Shown here in pieces: positions 14,673 through 28,660 of a stretch of DNA of 64,000 nucleotides. The stretch's first letter is position 1. Every line of letters starts with the position of its first letter. Both the position numbers and the translations under genes were made by a program. Source of the DNA: Tubiluchus corallicola (Eukaryota; Animalia; Priapulida); assembly GCA_030141605.1 (NCBI GenBank), contig JAQGDQ010000114.1, positions 496,001-560,000 of the forward strand, given 5' to 3'. A model generated the notes under the pieces. The model was not told the origin of the DNA, did not search any database, and saw only the letters and a program-made list of their open reading frames with translations.

Positions 14673-14975
14673 TAATTCTGCAAAACAAATACTAACACTA
14701 TCAAACTGTCTACCAGAAAGAAAACACAAAGGTGAAAAGTTCAATTGCGAGCTTATACATGTATCTGGTATATGTGGTGCTGATGCATAACTGATAAATC
14801 TGTCAACACATTGTTAGGAATGTGCTAAATCTGCAATAGCTTTTTGTTAAATAAAAATCAGTAAAACAGTAGGTGCTTTACCATGTACTGTAAAATTCGC
14901 ATTTCATAAGAAACTTTGCTAGACAAACTGTACCTGCTAGATCTTCACATGTTCTTCATATCCTGTCAGCCCAGA

Positions 14976-15685
14976 GGTGTGCAGTAAGTTTTGTACAGGA
15001 AAATTTGGTACTGGTAATTTTGGTACGAGGAACTTTTGGTACCAGGAAAATTTGGTACTAGGAATTTTTGGTACACAGCAATTTTGGCACTGGGAAAAAT
15101 CGGTACAGTGAAAATATGGTATTGGTAAATATGATAATAACGAAGTTTTGTTAGGCATTTTTGGTACAAGTAAATATGGCGCAAGGCAAAAATGGTAGGG
15201 AACAATTTTGGTATTAAGAAAGCTTAATACTCGGAAAGTTTGGTACTAGGAAAATTTGGTACAGAGAAAGAAGGTTTAGAACAAGGAAAGTTTGGTACTA
15301 CGAAAATGCATTTTATATAACTTACTCGAACAAGTTATAGATGTTCATATTTTGCATTTTTATTTGCTTTTTTGTTCGCTTCCTCTTTGTTTATTTGTCT
15401 GTTGTTTGTTATTTGTCACTGTTGTTGTTGTTTGTCTGTTTATTGCTCGCTCTTTTATTGTGATTACCACACAATCATCATCACCACCACCATCGTCATC
15501 ATCATTATTGCTATCATCATGTCACCATTGTTACTTGTGTCATTTTGTTACTGTTGTTATTGTTGTTTTGTTATTGTTGAAGTCATTGTTGTTGTTGCGG
15601 ATGCTGTTTTGCTATTGCTGTCGTTATCGATGTTGCTGTTATTTTTGTTGTATGTTAGTTCTTGCTTGCTGCTTTTGTTCTCCTT

Positions 15686-15716
<31 letters not shown>

Positions 15717-16477
15717 CCGTCACAATCACCATCATCATCACTATTGATGTCAATGTTACATCTGTCGTTTTGTTGTTGATGTGTCATTGTTGTTGCTGTT
15801 GTTAATATTTTTAGCAGTGAACATCATAATTCTCACTGCCATCACCACTGTTATTGTTGTTGCTGTTGTGGCAATAAATAACAGTGGATGATTACAGTAA
15901 ATGATGGCAATAATATTGATGATGACGACGTTGACGCTAGTGATGATGATGATAATGATGACAATGACAACAGTGATCATTACGGCAAAGATGAGTTGCA
16001 TGGTGAGTTGGAGACCTTTCATTTTTTGCTAAAAGAATTCTCAAATGTACTTACATGGACAGGATAATCACAAGTAAAATATTAGCTGTCAAGCATTATT
16101 AATTACAGTATAATGTTTTATGAACTTTTTAATAAATCAGACTTTCCTAGTACCATATTTCACACCTACTGAATAAACTTCTTTACTTTCGAGTTGAAAC
16201 AATTATTTTGTACTGAGATATAGAAATGCTCTCTTTTTCGTTTAGTACCAAATTTTCCTGGTACCATTACCATATTTTCCTAGTACCAAAACTTCCTTGT
16301 ACCAATATTTCTTAGTACTAAACAATCCTAGTATTATATTTTCCTGTATCAAACATTCCCAGTACTACATTTTAATAGTACCAAAAATTCCTTGCACCTT
16401 AAGATCATAGTACCAAAATTAGCGCGTACCAAAAATTCCTAGTACCAAATTTTCCTGGTTACAAAATTTCCTACATT
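14976..16477. mobile_element. Foldback/MULE-like non-autonomous element, about 1.5 kb
   Basis: Long inverted arms made of AAATTTTGGTAC-like subrepeats (mirrored as GTACCAAAATTT). Direct repeat TCAGCCCAGA on both flanks (14966-14975, 16477-16486). Low-complexity (TTG/CAT) core. Confidence 0.8.
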
Positions 16478-16592
16478 CAGCCCAGATACCAGATGTACAT
16501 GCATAAGCCATAAACTATTGGACCATTTCATCACTTTAAGAAGTAACAGGTTATACATGTATTCTCCATATATGCAGAGGTTATTTTCTTAC

Positions 16593-16695
16593 CTGTATCA
16601 ATGAATAAAAGTCATCAGGCACAAGGTAATTACGCCCAGGCTTCGCAAGTAACCTTACAAATCTGCTTGCATCATCATGGCAGTTTGATATAATT
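16593..16695 (-). CDS. PPP2R3B: PP2A B'' subunit exon
   Basis: IISNCHDDASRFVRLLAKPGRNYLVPDDFYSLIQ; canonical splice sites. Confidence 0.93.
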
Positions 16696-17651
16696 CTGTA
16701 ATAACAAAAATAATATAAAAATGAATCCTGTGTTACCAGAAAAGTGAATAAAGAGTTGATAGATTTGGCTACACTTTATCCTCATGTTTTCCTTCCAAAA
16801 TGTGCACTGTTCAAAAGGGAACATTATGCACTGACATAATTTTAAAATTGCATTTCTTTCCAAAAAGCATTATTTTTGGCCCTATAACTATGATTTGTGA
16901 TTATTTAAACTGCTTAACCTGCAGATATTCATAGAAAATGATTTTGCCACAACAAAACATAAGAAACAATCTTGTAACACATGCATTTCAAATGCAATAC
17001 TATAGAAAAGGCAACATAGCACTAGATATTTACGTGTAACTAAGGATAGTGACTCACGTCAGTGTCCTCACTTACAAACAATATTACAAAACTTGTATTT
17101 CTCTGGGAAGAATTTAACTCTTACAAGTATCGTTAGGTAACAAAATTCAGATATAAGACCAAAAGAGTTACGAGATCTATTTGATAGTAGTATCCATCAT
17201 CATTGGTCTATAACAAAGCAACCGCATACCCATGAAAATTAGCAATTGAAATTATTTTTATATTTTCGTCATATTTCATTTGGTTTTCATACTGGGTAAC
17301 TTATTATTACAAGTCTGTGACACAGTCACTTAGCCTTCTTGGAATTCGGTTATCATGTTGTTCATGTCACACAGCAACATGCTGCAGAGTTAAATGACAA
17401 ATTAAAGACTCGTGTGAACTAGAGATTCATGTCAAAGCAGCTGCCACCATCACTTAAAACAAGACTGAATTATTGAATTGACACTCACAGCCATTAAACG
17501 TAAGCTTTGTTAAATAACATTTTAAATACCCAGTCAGCCAATGACAGAAAATGCCATTTTTTTCTTATATATCAAAGAAAATCATCAGATAGATGTTATG
17601 ATGCATCCAAACTCTTAAACACTAATGAAATCTTTTTCAAATATGTAGGCC

Positions 17652-17791
17652 AGATAGTTTTGAATACATTATTACTACCTAAATGGACCTTAAAAAACTT
17701 TCAGTATCATCCGTATTTAAAAGATAGTTTTGAATACATTATTACTACCTAAATGGACCTTAAAAAACTTTCAGTATCATCCCTATTTAAA
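17652..17791. repeat. 70-bp tandem duplication (2 copies, 1 mismatch)
   Basis: AGATAGTTTTGAATACATTATTACTACCTAAATGGACC... starts at 17652 and 17722. Confidence 0.92.
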
Positions 17792-18579
17792 AGAAATCTT
17801 CATAATAATCACAATAAAGCAAGTCATTTGAAATTTGCTAAAACTCGCCAAGCACCAGAAAAATCAAGAAATAGCTTTAGTATGCATTATGTGCAGAAGA
17901 ACTTAGCCAACAATTCTAATTATCAAAGCTCCTAAACAGAATACTAAGATCTGAAAGTGCCATCGTGCCATCACATTATATCTCAACAATATTTTTTTGG
18001 AAAATACTTAACAGACAAATCACAAATACAACCAAATGGAATGATTGCAGACACAGACTCAATTAATATGAATAACTTAAGTTTTGACTGCTAAAATGCA
18101 TTATGTAGCTAAATAAAGCAAAAGATTTTTTTATCACCAAGTTGCTTTCTTTTGGTTGTCTGCCACACTCTCTTTTTTAAATGAAGCTATACTCTTCTAA
18201 TAGAATAAAATTCAAATATTGGCAGTGGAAACTTCTGTTAAACTAAAAGTTAATCACTTCTTTCCTGTAGCAGCAGTTAAAGTTGTCAATCAAATTGCAT
18301 GGTGTAAAATTTCATGAAATGAGCACATCTGCTATAAATACAAGCATGGCAAGTGTGCAATACATGTTATGTGGACGTCTTCATTTGAACTGTAATCTAA
18401 AAATGTAATATTGGCATTTTTTTATTGAAAAATAATAATCTTACAGGTAAATGTAAGTGCAATGAGAAATTTTAACTTATAGGAATTAACGGCTTGCATT
18501 CTGAAAGTACAATGTAATAAAAATTCATAAAGTTTGATCAATATCTTTTGCAACTTATTTTAATGAATAGAAGGCTTAC

Positions 18580-18686
18580 TTTTTCCACATGGCTGTGAAA
18601 GCTTGCACTGAAACTGAGGTATGTTTGTCATCTCCAGCAGCTGCTTGGAACAAAGGAATTTTCCAGTATAATGGACAACCACAAGC
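18580..18686 (-). CDS. PPP2R3B: PP2A B'' subunit exon
   Basis: ACGCPLYWKIPLFQAAAG...FTAMWK; canonical splice sites, phase consistent. Confidence 0.93.
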
Positions 18687-21600
18687 CTAGAAAAAATAAA
18701 ATTATATGAATAACAAGTGAAAATTCAATATATTGTAAAATTTTATATTTTAAATGACCACAAAAGATTATACTTTAGATAACATTTGCAGTAACATCAA
18801 TATTAGTAACTTGGATCACACAAACTCAGAATGAATCAAATTTTCGCTTACAGCACATAGCTCTGCAAACTGGAGAAACGAATGAACGAATAATTTCATG
18901 AATAAGGAAATGAATATACAAACAAAGCATAAAAAATAACAAAAACAAATATAAGAATGAGCAGCAGCATGAATGAATGATTGAAAAAATGAATCAATGA
19001 ATGAATAGTAGTATGAAGGCAAAGACAAAGAATCTAAAGACAAATCTAACCAATTTAAAAAAGTGAAATTTTAAAGTTCACAACTAAACACTGAGCTTAG
19101 TTTTACGAAGTCTTAACTGCGGAGTTGTCTTTACAATGCAGTGGTGAAGCACTAAAACTATTAACACCATTCATGTTTCTTTGCTTATTCTACCAAGACA
19201 CTTCTCAGAACTCAGTAGTTGTCTTAACACAAAGTTTATGATAGTAATAGAATCGGTTGTACAGCAAGCAGTCACCTCCAGCTGAGATCTATAAACAAGC
19301 CCATGATAACAAAGTTTAATGCTGACTTGAGTCAAGACGTTAAAAAATGAAAGTATGATGCTTTAATACTTTTAGGAGCCATAATTATGATCTATGAGCC
19401 TGTAAACGGAAATTTAAGAATTGGATTATCTGCGAAAAGAATCTTGTTTTGGCAGCAACCGGGACTTTGGCAGGAACAAACTTTCGATTAAAGGAAGACA
19501 AAATGATTTTTCACACCTTACCCATTTTCAAGTCCGATAAAAAGCATACACTTTAACATAAATCGTAATTAACGGCGGGCGAGCTCAACTGTTGATGACA
19601 TCACAAACGAGCATTATTTTCAACAGAAAAAATATTTCATGAGCGTGTTATGAAAGTGAAAATTGAAGTACAGTGGTACTGTAAGATATTCAGAAGGTTG
19701 TACTAAAACTAGGCACATTTTTAGAAAAAAAATTCAAATTTCAAATTTACCATTGTGCTCACGCATGAGCTGTCAAATGCATGTCGTTCGTCACAAACTA
19801 ACGCATCTGAACTGAGAGGAACAGCACCAGTTTTTTGTGCAATGCGTTTCCAAAATGTAGGTGATAGTGATCGTCTAACTAATGAATGGCGAAATACATG
19901 TAATAGCGAAAAACTAGGGACGCAAACGAGAAACTGCGTTTGCGTGCTAATAATTCTTTCACGTAAGTTATTTTTGAAAAAAACAGTATGTTTCCTTTCA
20001 AATATTTTAAAGAGTAGATTGTTCTGACCTACAGTTTAATATTGGGTCTGGTGTTTTGCATTAAGTGAAAACGAAGCAGACGGGATACGTATCTAGCAGC
20101 AAGTATATGCGGGGGGGTGAGGCTTGGATTAGTACAAGCTGTCACTAAAGAAGACAAAAGTGCATCTTCCAATATTTTTGATTCCTGACAGAGAAACTAC
20201 ATATCAACAATTAAAGGCAGCAAGAAGTAACATTACAAGTGAGGTCAAAGGAAGTGATGAAGAAATTCTGGGGTTACTCACTTGCGAAGTAATTCTATAA
20301 AGCATCTATTTGGCATTGATACCAATCTTGTTATCGTTGCTGCTCATAAAATAAGTATTTAGCCAGTTTTATATTGTGGCATCACAATAAAGTTACTTTG
20401 TATCCTAAACATTTATGAAAAAAACGGATTCCACAGCAATGACAAATGGCGTTCTAAATTACATATTCATGAAAACAATAAAAGATGTTATAAATGACGT
20501 ATCTAGGCCATTGGACAGAAAAGCTCAATAAGTGAATATTTTACTTTCTGGACTAGTCTTGATTTACATTTTTTAAAACATCAGTCACGTTTTATCAATC
20601 ACACTTATATATATGTATTTTGACATAATTAAGTAACGCAGTCAGTAGGGTGGCAGATAAAGTGTCTGTTTTTCATTGAGATGTTCAGGGATTGTTTAAA
20701 AACAATTTGCTATTTCTGTGCCAGGTCAGTAGATTTGACAAAAGAAATACAAATACAAACATTTCAACAAGTAGTTAATTTTGTTTTACATAAATAATTA
20801 TTGACTCTTTAATAACATTCACAAATAGATTAATGCTGCATTTGGTGTTTGCTACAAATTTTATTAAGGCTGGTTTTTTATGAACTCCTAATTAGGATTA
20901 GAATAGAAATACACATATACTATATAGAATGTAAAATAGAAATATAGTGTATAGGATTAGAAAACAATGTTTCTACCATTTTATCAAAAGATAGCCCTAT
21001 ACGATGGAATTCGTTGCCAAAAAATATTGTACTGAACACCCCTTTTACGCAAAATGTAAGTTTCTGTTAAGTTACGCATCTGGCCTGTATAAAAGCGGTC
21101 GTCTCTGCTCTTTTACTGGTCCAGTTACAATCCACAATGATGTAAATTCTATTTCATCATTATATTTGAAGCTACTTCATGTAATTTGCCAATAAAGGTA
21201 TCGTTTTTCTCACACATCATTCTGTTGTTTCGTTAATGGATGTCAGAAGAGTTATAGTCTGCTTGGCCTCCGCATCTGCTGGTACCGAACCAACGTGGGT
21301 AGTTTTACCACATTTGGGCAAGGTACCATCTGCAGTTCAATTGCTTAAAAGGCAGCTTATTTTCTGCTTCCATAAGATACATGAAAATATTACTAAGTGG
21401 ATGTAGTACGTTACCAGTAAGACTAATAAGCAAGCTAGCTAGTTTTTTCATCTCCTAAGTAATTGATGCTCTTTTTCATACTTATTTTTTATTCACGAAA
21501 TTTTCTCCATGACGTTTTCTTTCATGCTCATTTTTTCCATACCCTCAGTTTTTAACTCTACCAACTAATCTTCAAATTATCCTGTTAATAAGACCCTGTT

Positions 21601-23395
21601 TGTAACTACTACTTATAATGCTACTGCTACGTATAATAATCCTAATTACTGAATAATCTACTTTCATTCATAAAATTCCCCCATATTTAAAAAATCGTAT
21701 TAAATAAAAATGTTGTCTCCTGCTATTATAGTTTATCAAAAATATTTTGCAGGTGCTACTTATTATTTTTCATTTTCTTTACCAAAACCAATGCTATATA
21801 GATATAATTATTTTTGTATATACATTTTGTTGTCCCTTTCATTGTTTCTTGTCGAGTCCTCTAATTATTGTTGATTTGGTTAATTTGATTACATTATGGT
21901 TACCTTTATTATTTTGTTGCAATTAATAAAGTATTCATCATTCGCTTTGTTTTAGTTTGATTTAATGTTTTACTTCGTACTTAATGATTTTGGTTTATTA
22001 TGTTGCTTACAAACCTTTTGCTGTTCCCAAAATTGCGTTCTTTTGCTAGATTTATGTATTTAACTTTATTCTATTATTTTTTGTTTTTTAGTTTTTTTGA
22101 CAATTTGTACTATTTTTTCTTCTTATTTGATTTTGTTATTTGCCACATCACCGTTTACTTTTGTTATACCTATCTAGCTATATGAAAGGGCAGGAGGCTA
22201 GATGACCTTTTGGTCCCTCCCTGCCTTGTTCCATGAGAAAATAAATGTTCTATGTCTATGTTGTCTGCGATACACCGTACTCTACATGGGCTTATATAGT
22301 ATCACTTATGGCAGTTACACACAATATTATTATTTACCAAAATATGTGCAGTTATTGTGGCTGTAAATTGAACTTTGATGCCTTTTAAGTAAAAGCGTCT
22401 TACTGCAATTTTAAATTCACATTTAACGTAGAAGACGTCTGTAACTGTATCTAAAGATTCCTACGGACAGCACGTGTGCATATTCTCGAATCTTCTCTAA
22501 GCTTGCAGACTAAAAGAAGATCGTTTCCTGAAGCTGCAAATTTCAACACAGAAAATTCAACAAGGCTGTAGCACATGTTTGACACTTCACAACCCCTTTT
22601 CCTGGTTTACGTTCGTATCGGTTTTCAGACACAGCATGTTTTTGCTGAACCTTGCGTGCTGATTATTGCTATTGAAATAAACTGTACATCTTCTCTCCTC
22701 CGTCTTACATTACTGGATCGCTACTCAGGTTAAAACGATTTCTGCTTCAAAAGTGACTGATGTGTCGATTTGTCTTGTAATGAAGCTGAATATTTGTCGT
22801 CGGGTTATCCTACGTCTCAGTTTATTATATGATTTGGTCGAGTTCCACTTCCGTCTGCTTGAAAGTCGTTGGTAACGAAGGTTAAACGATTGTAAACAAA
22901 ATGGCTGTATGGCTTCTTCAGTTCCAATAGACGTTTCAGCCGTTTTCACGTTGGAGATTTAGGATCTTCAAAGAAAAGCTTTGTAAGACGATGCTAGTTC
23001 ACAACAGTTTGTAGGGACTTTGTACTTCGATATCACTTTGCTTCAGTATTTTCTCCAACTTTAACCTTTACGCTTTTACACTCGTTTTTATATCCTCAAG
23101 TCTCCAGACAAGACGTCCTCGCAGGAATGCAACTGATTATTTCATTTAAGTGGATCGTCAAGTAGCTGGAGCAGTTCAAATATTTAACCATTCCTCAAAA
23201 CATTATTTTTCTCAGACAAATTAGCTTAACTATTCCTACGAAAACGGTTTAGCCAGCTGGTGAAATTAAAAGTACAAACCGTGTAATAAGCAGATCATAA
23301 TTCCGTAGATAAATTCGTTATATCGCGTGTTTGAAAGTGTTACTTGTGATCATCAGTTTATATACATATACTGAAATATGACATTACATGAAAAA

Positions 23396-23421
23396 TACAC
23401 ACACGCGCACACGCATGCACG

Positions 23422-23482
<61 letters not shown>
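23396..23482. repeat. (CA)n microsatellite
   Basis: Seen directly. Confidence 0.95.
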
Positions 23483-23485
<3 letters not shown>

Positions 23486-24499
23486 ATAAAGAGCAGAGAA
23501 AGATCTGTTAGGCACCAAAATCAGTATTTATTAAGAAATGCACTAAAGTTAAACGGAAAAAGCACAAAACTTATGCATGAATGTTACTTCTGGGGAGGGG
23601 TAAAAAATTATGCATAATTGAATATGTAAATTTTCATACAACAAAGAAGTTCAGCACGTTAATAAATAAAGATACAAATTTAATTTTAAAACCTATGGCA
23701 TGAAGATTTAATAAAATACAACTCTTGATTGCATAATCTCATATTTGAATAGTACGCTACAATGAAGCAAAACTATTAAACAAATAATAATGTATGAAAA
23801 GGTGTTTGGCTTCCTCTAGTATGGTTATTTATAGTTGCATTAATATGTTTTAGTTCTAACTTGTACTGTGGTTGTGCCTGGACAGAAGCCTAAAAGTTCA
23901 ACGACTCCTTCCTTTCTGGTATTTTCTAAATTTTCTAACCAGATGGATAATATCATAATACCATCTAATATAATTCTGATCAAAGGGATACGCAATAATT
24001 ATTACCCCAGATGTGAACATATCAGTTTATGATGGCATGCATAGTTTATGCTCTATTATAGTCGTCTAAAAGACGACATTACGCGCGAACTGCAAAGATA
24101 TACTGCACCATACTGTACAGTCTGAAGTATGGAAGTTTGACAGCGTAAAAGATGCATGAGTGGAACAATATGAAGAACAATTTAGTCATTTACTGGTTTA
24201 TTAAGAGACAGCATGGGAAAAGTAAATAATAAAATGTTTCCTTTTAACATTATATAGGTAAAGGTTCATAGTCCATACTATAGTATTGGGTGCAATACAC
24301 TATCAATTTTCTATATACACTGCAATTTGATTGTTTTAAAAAAATGCAAACCATAGTTTACCACCGGTTAAATATGTAATGTAAAACCTGTGCAGGACAT
24401 ACATGAAATGTATAACTCTAAAAGTGCAAAATAGGCATGATATGCAATTTTGTTTAAGTGGCGTGGCCCACACACCAATTATGAAGACGATAATGGTGA

Positions 24500-24530
<31 letters not shown>

Positions 24531-26065
24531 GGTGGTGGAATGGTAGTCATGGCAGTAGTAACGATGACAAAAATTGCTTTGTAGAAGCATCTCTTCAATT
24601 ATCACACAAGTCATTGCAGGATACTGACCACACTGGGTGATCAAAAAGCATTACCCTATCAAAACTATCTTAAATTATTACCCGTGGGCCGTGTAATGAC
24701 GCAAAAGCAGGAAAAAACTCTGTCGGAAAACGAGAGAATGTGGTAATCGTTGTTTCACTGATTAATATCGTATGACAAAAATAAACTTGTAAACCACAAA
24801 AAAATTTAAAATTAAACACTGTGTGCCAGCCAAATGTTGTTTCAAATGGCTTAACAGCAGATCCATCTGCAGAAAATATGGTAGTCAAATGATGACTCAT
24901 TATTTAATAGCAAAGAACAGCTTTTTCAATTTCAACTGTATTACAAAAACTAAAACAAAGTCAAAGTGTAAATGAAGAGACGAAATTAAATTTTTCGGCC
25001 CAAAGTTTCCAAAATGTAACATTTGCACTGTAATTGGTTTTACCCTAACGGGAATTTATGATCCACATGCCATATGATCATTTTGTTGACAACACTTGAT
25101 AAAATTCTAACACAAGTCTTTAAATCAAAAGCAATTTACTTTTAGTTTGATCAGATATTTAAATGACAGCACTGACAACAAAGCTTATAGATTTATGCCA
25201 AAAAATTCATTGCAGATTTTGTTAATATATGTGAGATCAGTGCAATTCAATGTGTATTCAGGTCTTTATCAAGTAATACTTCCCTGATTCATTTTCTGTA
25301 GTTATTTACAGTATTTTGCATGATGTTTTACGCAGTTATTTTATGCGGTTTTATACAATTCGGAACACTGCCAGTTGCAATCCAGCATCCAACTGCAGGT
25401 GCTACTCAACTTGGATAGTCATGACAAGACTAGAATCTATCTCATTATTAAGCCTTCTAAGGTGAGTCAATACAGCAGTAGGCATGTCTAAGCCACATTT
25501 GGATGCAAATACATCTTCTTTTTCCGTAGTAAACGGCCAGTATTGATGAAACAACCAGAACAAGCATCTGACTTGTTCAGCCATCCATTCACTGACCAGC
25601 TTTGACAATGCCTATCTTCAACTATTGTGGAGCTACTAATGTTGCATTACTAATGTACATGACTGACCCATGTTCTGGATTAAGATTAAGAACAATACAT
25701 ATTTTTAATAGCTTAGCAATGGCTAACAACATTCGTGGTATAGATAAGAAGTTTTTCGTGATATTTCTTATTTAAGGGTATTAAACAAACTTTTTTCATG
25801 AATATGAAGTATTATTTGAAGTCGTCATTTTGCCCTGTGCTTCTTAATGTCCAGGCTAATGACCATTCTTAATAATCATATTTTGCAAAAAATGTAGTTT
25901 CTTTAGCATAAACAGCATTTTCATTAGGTGATCGTTATAGAAAAACAAAATAGATATTTACATTTCTGTCAAAAACATTTAAAAGATGTTTGTATGATAA
26001 GAAATATGTTTACCAACATTTTTAATACAGAGCTGCATTGGGATAGAATAACCAAAACAACTAAC

Positions 26066-26275
26066 CTTGGCCACTTTGCCAAAATCTTCTCTTTTCATTT
26101 TCCCATCAGGACTTTCAGTGAACACAGCTGCAGCACGTTGAATACAAGAGTCTATTTCAGCAGGAGGTAGGGGGCGTCCCTGAGGGAAATAGAAACGCGG
26201 AATGGGACATGATTCCGGTAATGGCTTCTTGGCAGCTGAAACCTGTTTCTTGCCTGGACTAGTTTCTTTGTGTGG
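26066..26275 (-). CDS. PPP2R3B: PP2A B'' subunit first common exon
   Basis: PHKETSPG...CPIPRFYFPQGRP...DFGKVAK, containing the conserved IPRFYFP motif; AG/GT borders; 210 nt. Confidence 0.92.
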
Positions 26276-26929
26276 CTGAAAACGTAAATAGGAGAAAAAA
26301 CTTTAGAACTTAGAAAACAGTTCAACAAAAATGTTGATGAATGAACTACAAATAAGTTTGACACCGTATTTGAACAAACACATCCTGGATAATAATATAG
26401 GATTTAGTAAGAAAGCAGTGCCATGTTATTTGTTATTGGTAAGCTAATTAATGTTGTAAATCTGATAGCTTTAATTTATGATGGCTTAATTAAATTTATG
26501 GTACTAGTACATATATATATACACAGTATAAGCAGCATTACATTTCAAAGTTTAGCCAGTTTTTTCCACGAAATGTTAATGGTATTCGGATTTATGGCCC
26601 AGCGTAGAATGGTGAATTAGTTGAGCAATGAACACTTAAATGAAGATTATTCCTACCAAGCGAAGAAATAAGCCTAAATAAAGTAAGTGAAATGAGTGGT
26701 TATTTCAACAGGAATAATACGGCACCATACATAAATATATAGGATAAAATTTATGGACAACTAAATAAACTAACAAACAAAATGTTCAAACAGGCAAACA
26801 ATCAATATTAGGAAATGCTGAAAAGACAGGCAAGCATAAATATTTAAATAGAAATCCAAGAGTCAAATTTCAGTAAACAAATGACACAACTAGTACTTAG
26901 ATCATTCCATCTTTCTATAAATTAGTTAC

Positions 26930-28660
26930 CTGTGTCTTAGTCTGTTTTTCTTCATACAAGACCTTTGCTGATTCCTGCTTTTTAGTGTTTGTCTGTTCCT
27001 TGGTTATGGAATTTTTAGATTTGTCCACAGTTTCTGCCTTTTTATTGTCATCAACAGTCTTTGTTGCTGTGATACCTTCAATGTTCTTAAGTTCTTGTAA
27101 TTTTACCATGTCACTCTCTTCAGTTACTTTTGTCTGAGTTTTATTTTCAAAAGGCACTACTTTCTGTTTAGTGATATGCGCAGGTTTATCAGGTGGGACT
27201 GGCTTGGTAACATGATTTGTAACAGCTTCAATATTAGATGATTCAGTTCTAATTTCATTCTGTTCAGCAAAGTGAAGCTGCTTTGATTCTGGTTTTGGTT
27301 CTGATTCTATTTCCAAAACAGGAAGTGTGGGTTTGGAACGCTCCGTTTCTGGACTAGAAAATGGGAGTGCAGGACGTTCCACTTCTGGACTTGGAAATGT
27401 AAGTTTTGCGTGATCCTCGTCTGGTGATTTAACTAATGTGACATTTGTTGATGATTTAAATTTTCTATATTCCTGATTTTCATCTGACAATGTTCTCGAA
27501 GCATCTGATTCGCTTTCTGTATCACTTGTGTCACTCCGCCAGGGTTGATGCTGCAATTCTGCAATTTTGCGCTCTATCTGAGCCTTCCTCTTTAGGTACT
27601 GCTCAGAAACTTTACCAGCAGTTGGCATCCCCATAAAACTGCCTTTTTCTGCTGCTAAACGCCTTTCTATCTGCTCTTTCTTTATGAGGTACTGTGACTG
27701 TCGTGATGCTGGATGCTCTGATGCAGGCGATAGTCGCTCTCGATTGAACAAAGGAAACTTATCCTCTGGGATTTGTACTTTTAATGGAAACCTTTCTTGT
27801 TCTGCTATTTTGCGCTGCACAATGCTTTCTATGATGCTTTTGGCACGTGCGAATTTATCTTCATGCCGAGGTAAGCTATCGGGAAACTTGGTTTCAAAAA
27901 AATGTCGCTTCTGTATAAGAGGTAGATTTACCCTTAATGGGGAGCCAGGACTGATTTGAATTGGACTAGGAGAAGAAATAGGAGAATTCAATGGACTAGT
28001 TTTACCACCAAAAAACAAAGGCGAGTTTCCCATACTGGGACTCAGTTTACCACTCAAAGGACTAGGTGAGTTTGACTGGCTAGTAGAGTGTCTACTCGGA
28101 AGGTTTATGGTAAACTTTAACTTTACTCCTGCTGAATCAGGACTAGATTGAGATGTAGTTGGTTGAGGTTCCTGCAAAACAGGTGAATGATCAGGGTTTA
28201 CCCGTGGCTTTATCACACTGTTCTGGAAATGAATTGGAATTATCCTCTCCGTGGAAGGTGACTTTACCTCGGGTACCGGAGACTGAGGAGAGCTTCGCTT
28301 GTCCAGAACCTGTATCTGCTTTTGCACACTAAACTTGCCCGGTAATTGAGAAGACGGCTGAGGTTGAGGAGGCAGCCGCAGAGGTGCCAATGACAGCTTA
28401 GGGCGTTGCACCATCATCTTATGTGCACTTCCATTTCCTAGGGGAACGCAGAATCCATAGTGGATTGCACCACACCTGGCACCTAATGTTCTTGTAACGT
28501 CAGGCGCACACTTGCCACAGCAGTGTATGGCGCGGCTCTGCTTTTGGTCCACCTTAACACTGTAGTATGGATGCAGACTGCTGTACACAAACTTGCAGGG
28601 ACTGTAATTGTTGCTGAACTTATCGGTCTGCTTTACTCTTCCAGTTGCCATCATGGACAT
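26930..28660 (-). CDS. PPP2R3A: PP2A B'' subunit, large alternative first coding exon (PR130-like N-terminal extension, about 577 codons)
   Basis: 587-codon open frame inside the gene on the same strand; first ATG at 28660 (MSMMATG...). Ends KTQ|GTAACT in phase 0, compatible with the next common exon. The N-terminal Cys/His segment resembles the vertebrate PR130 N-terminus as recalled. Confidence 0.78.

Noticed and set aside
14990-15300. Regular short GGTAC repeats that might suggest a CRISPR-like array
   Set aside because: Units are degenerate, lack unique spacers, are mirrored in an inverted arm, and lie in a eukaryotic intron.
15292-16022. Four overlapping ORFs of 76-151 aa with poly-His/Ser/Asp runs
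   Set aside because: Products of trinucleotide low-complexity sequence in the core of the Foldback-like element.
23378-23617. THTHTH and SLSLSL ORFs (also 55306-55569, 57029-57265, 59244-59432)
   Set aside because: Translations of microsatellites.
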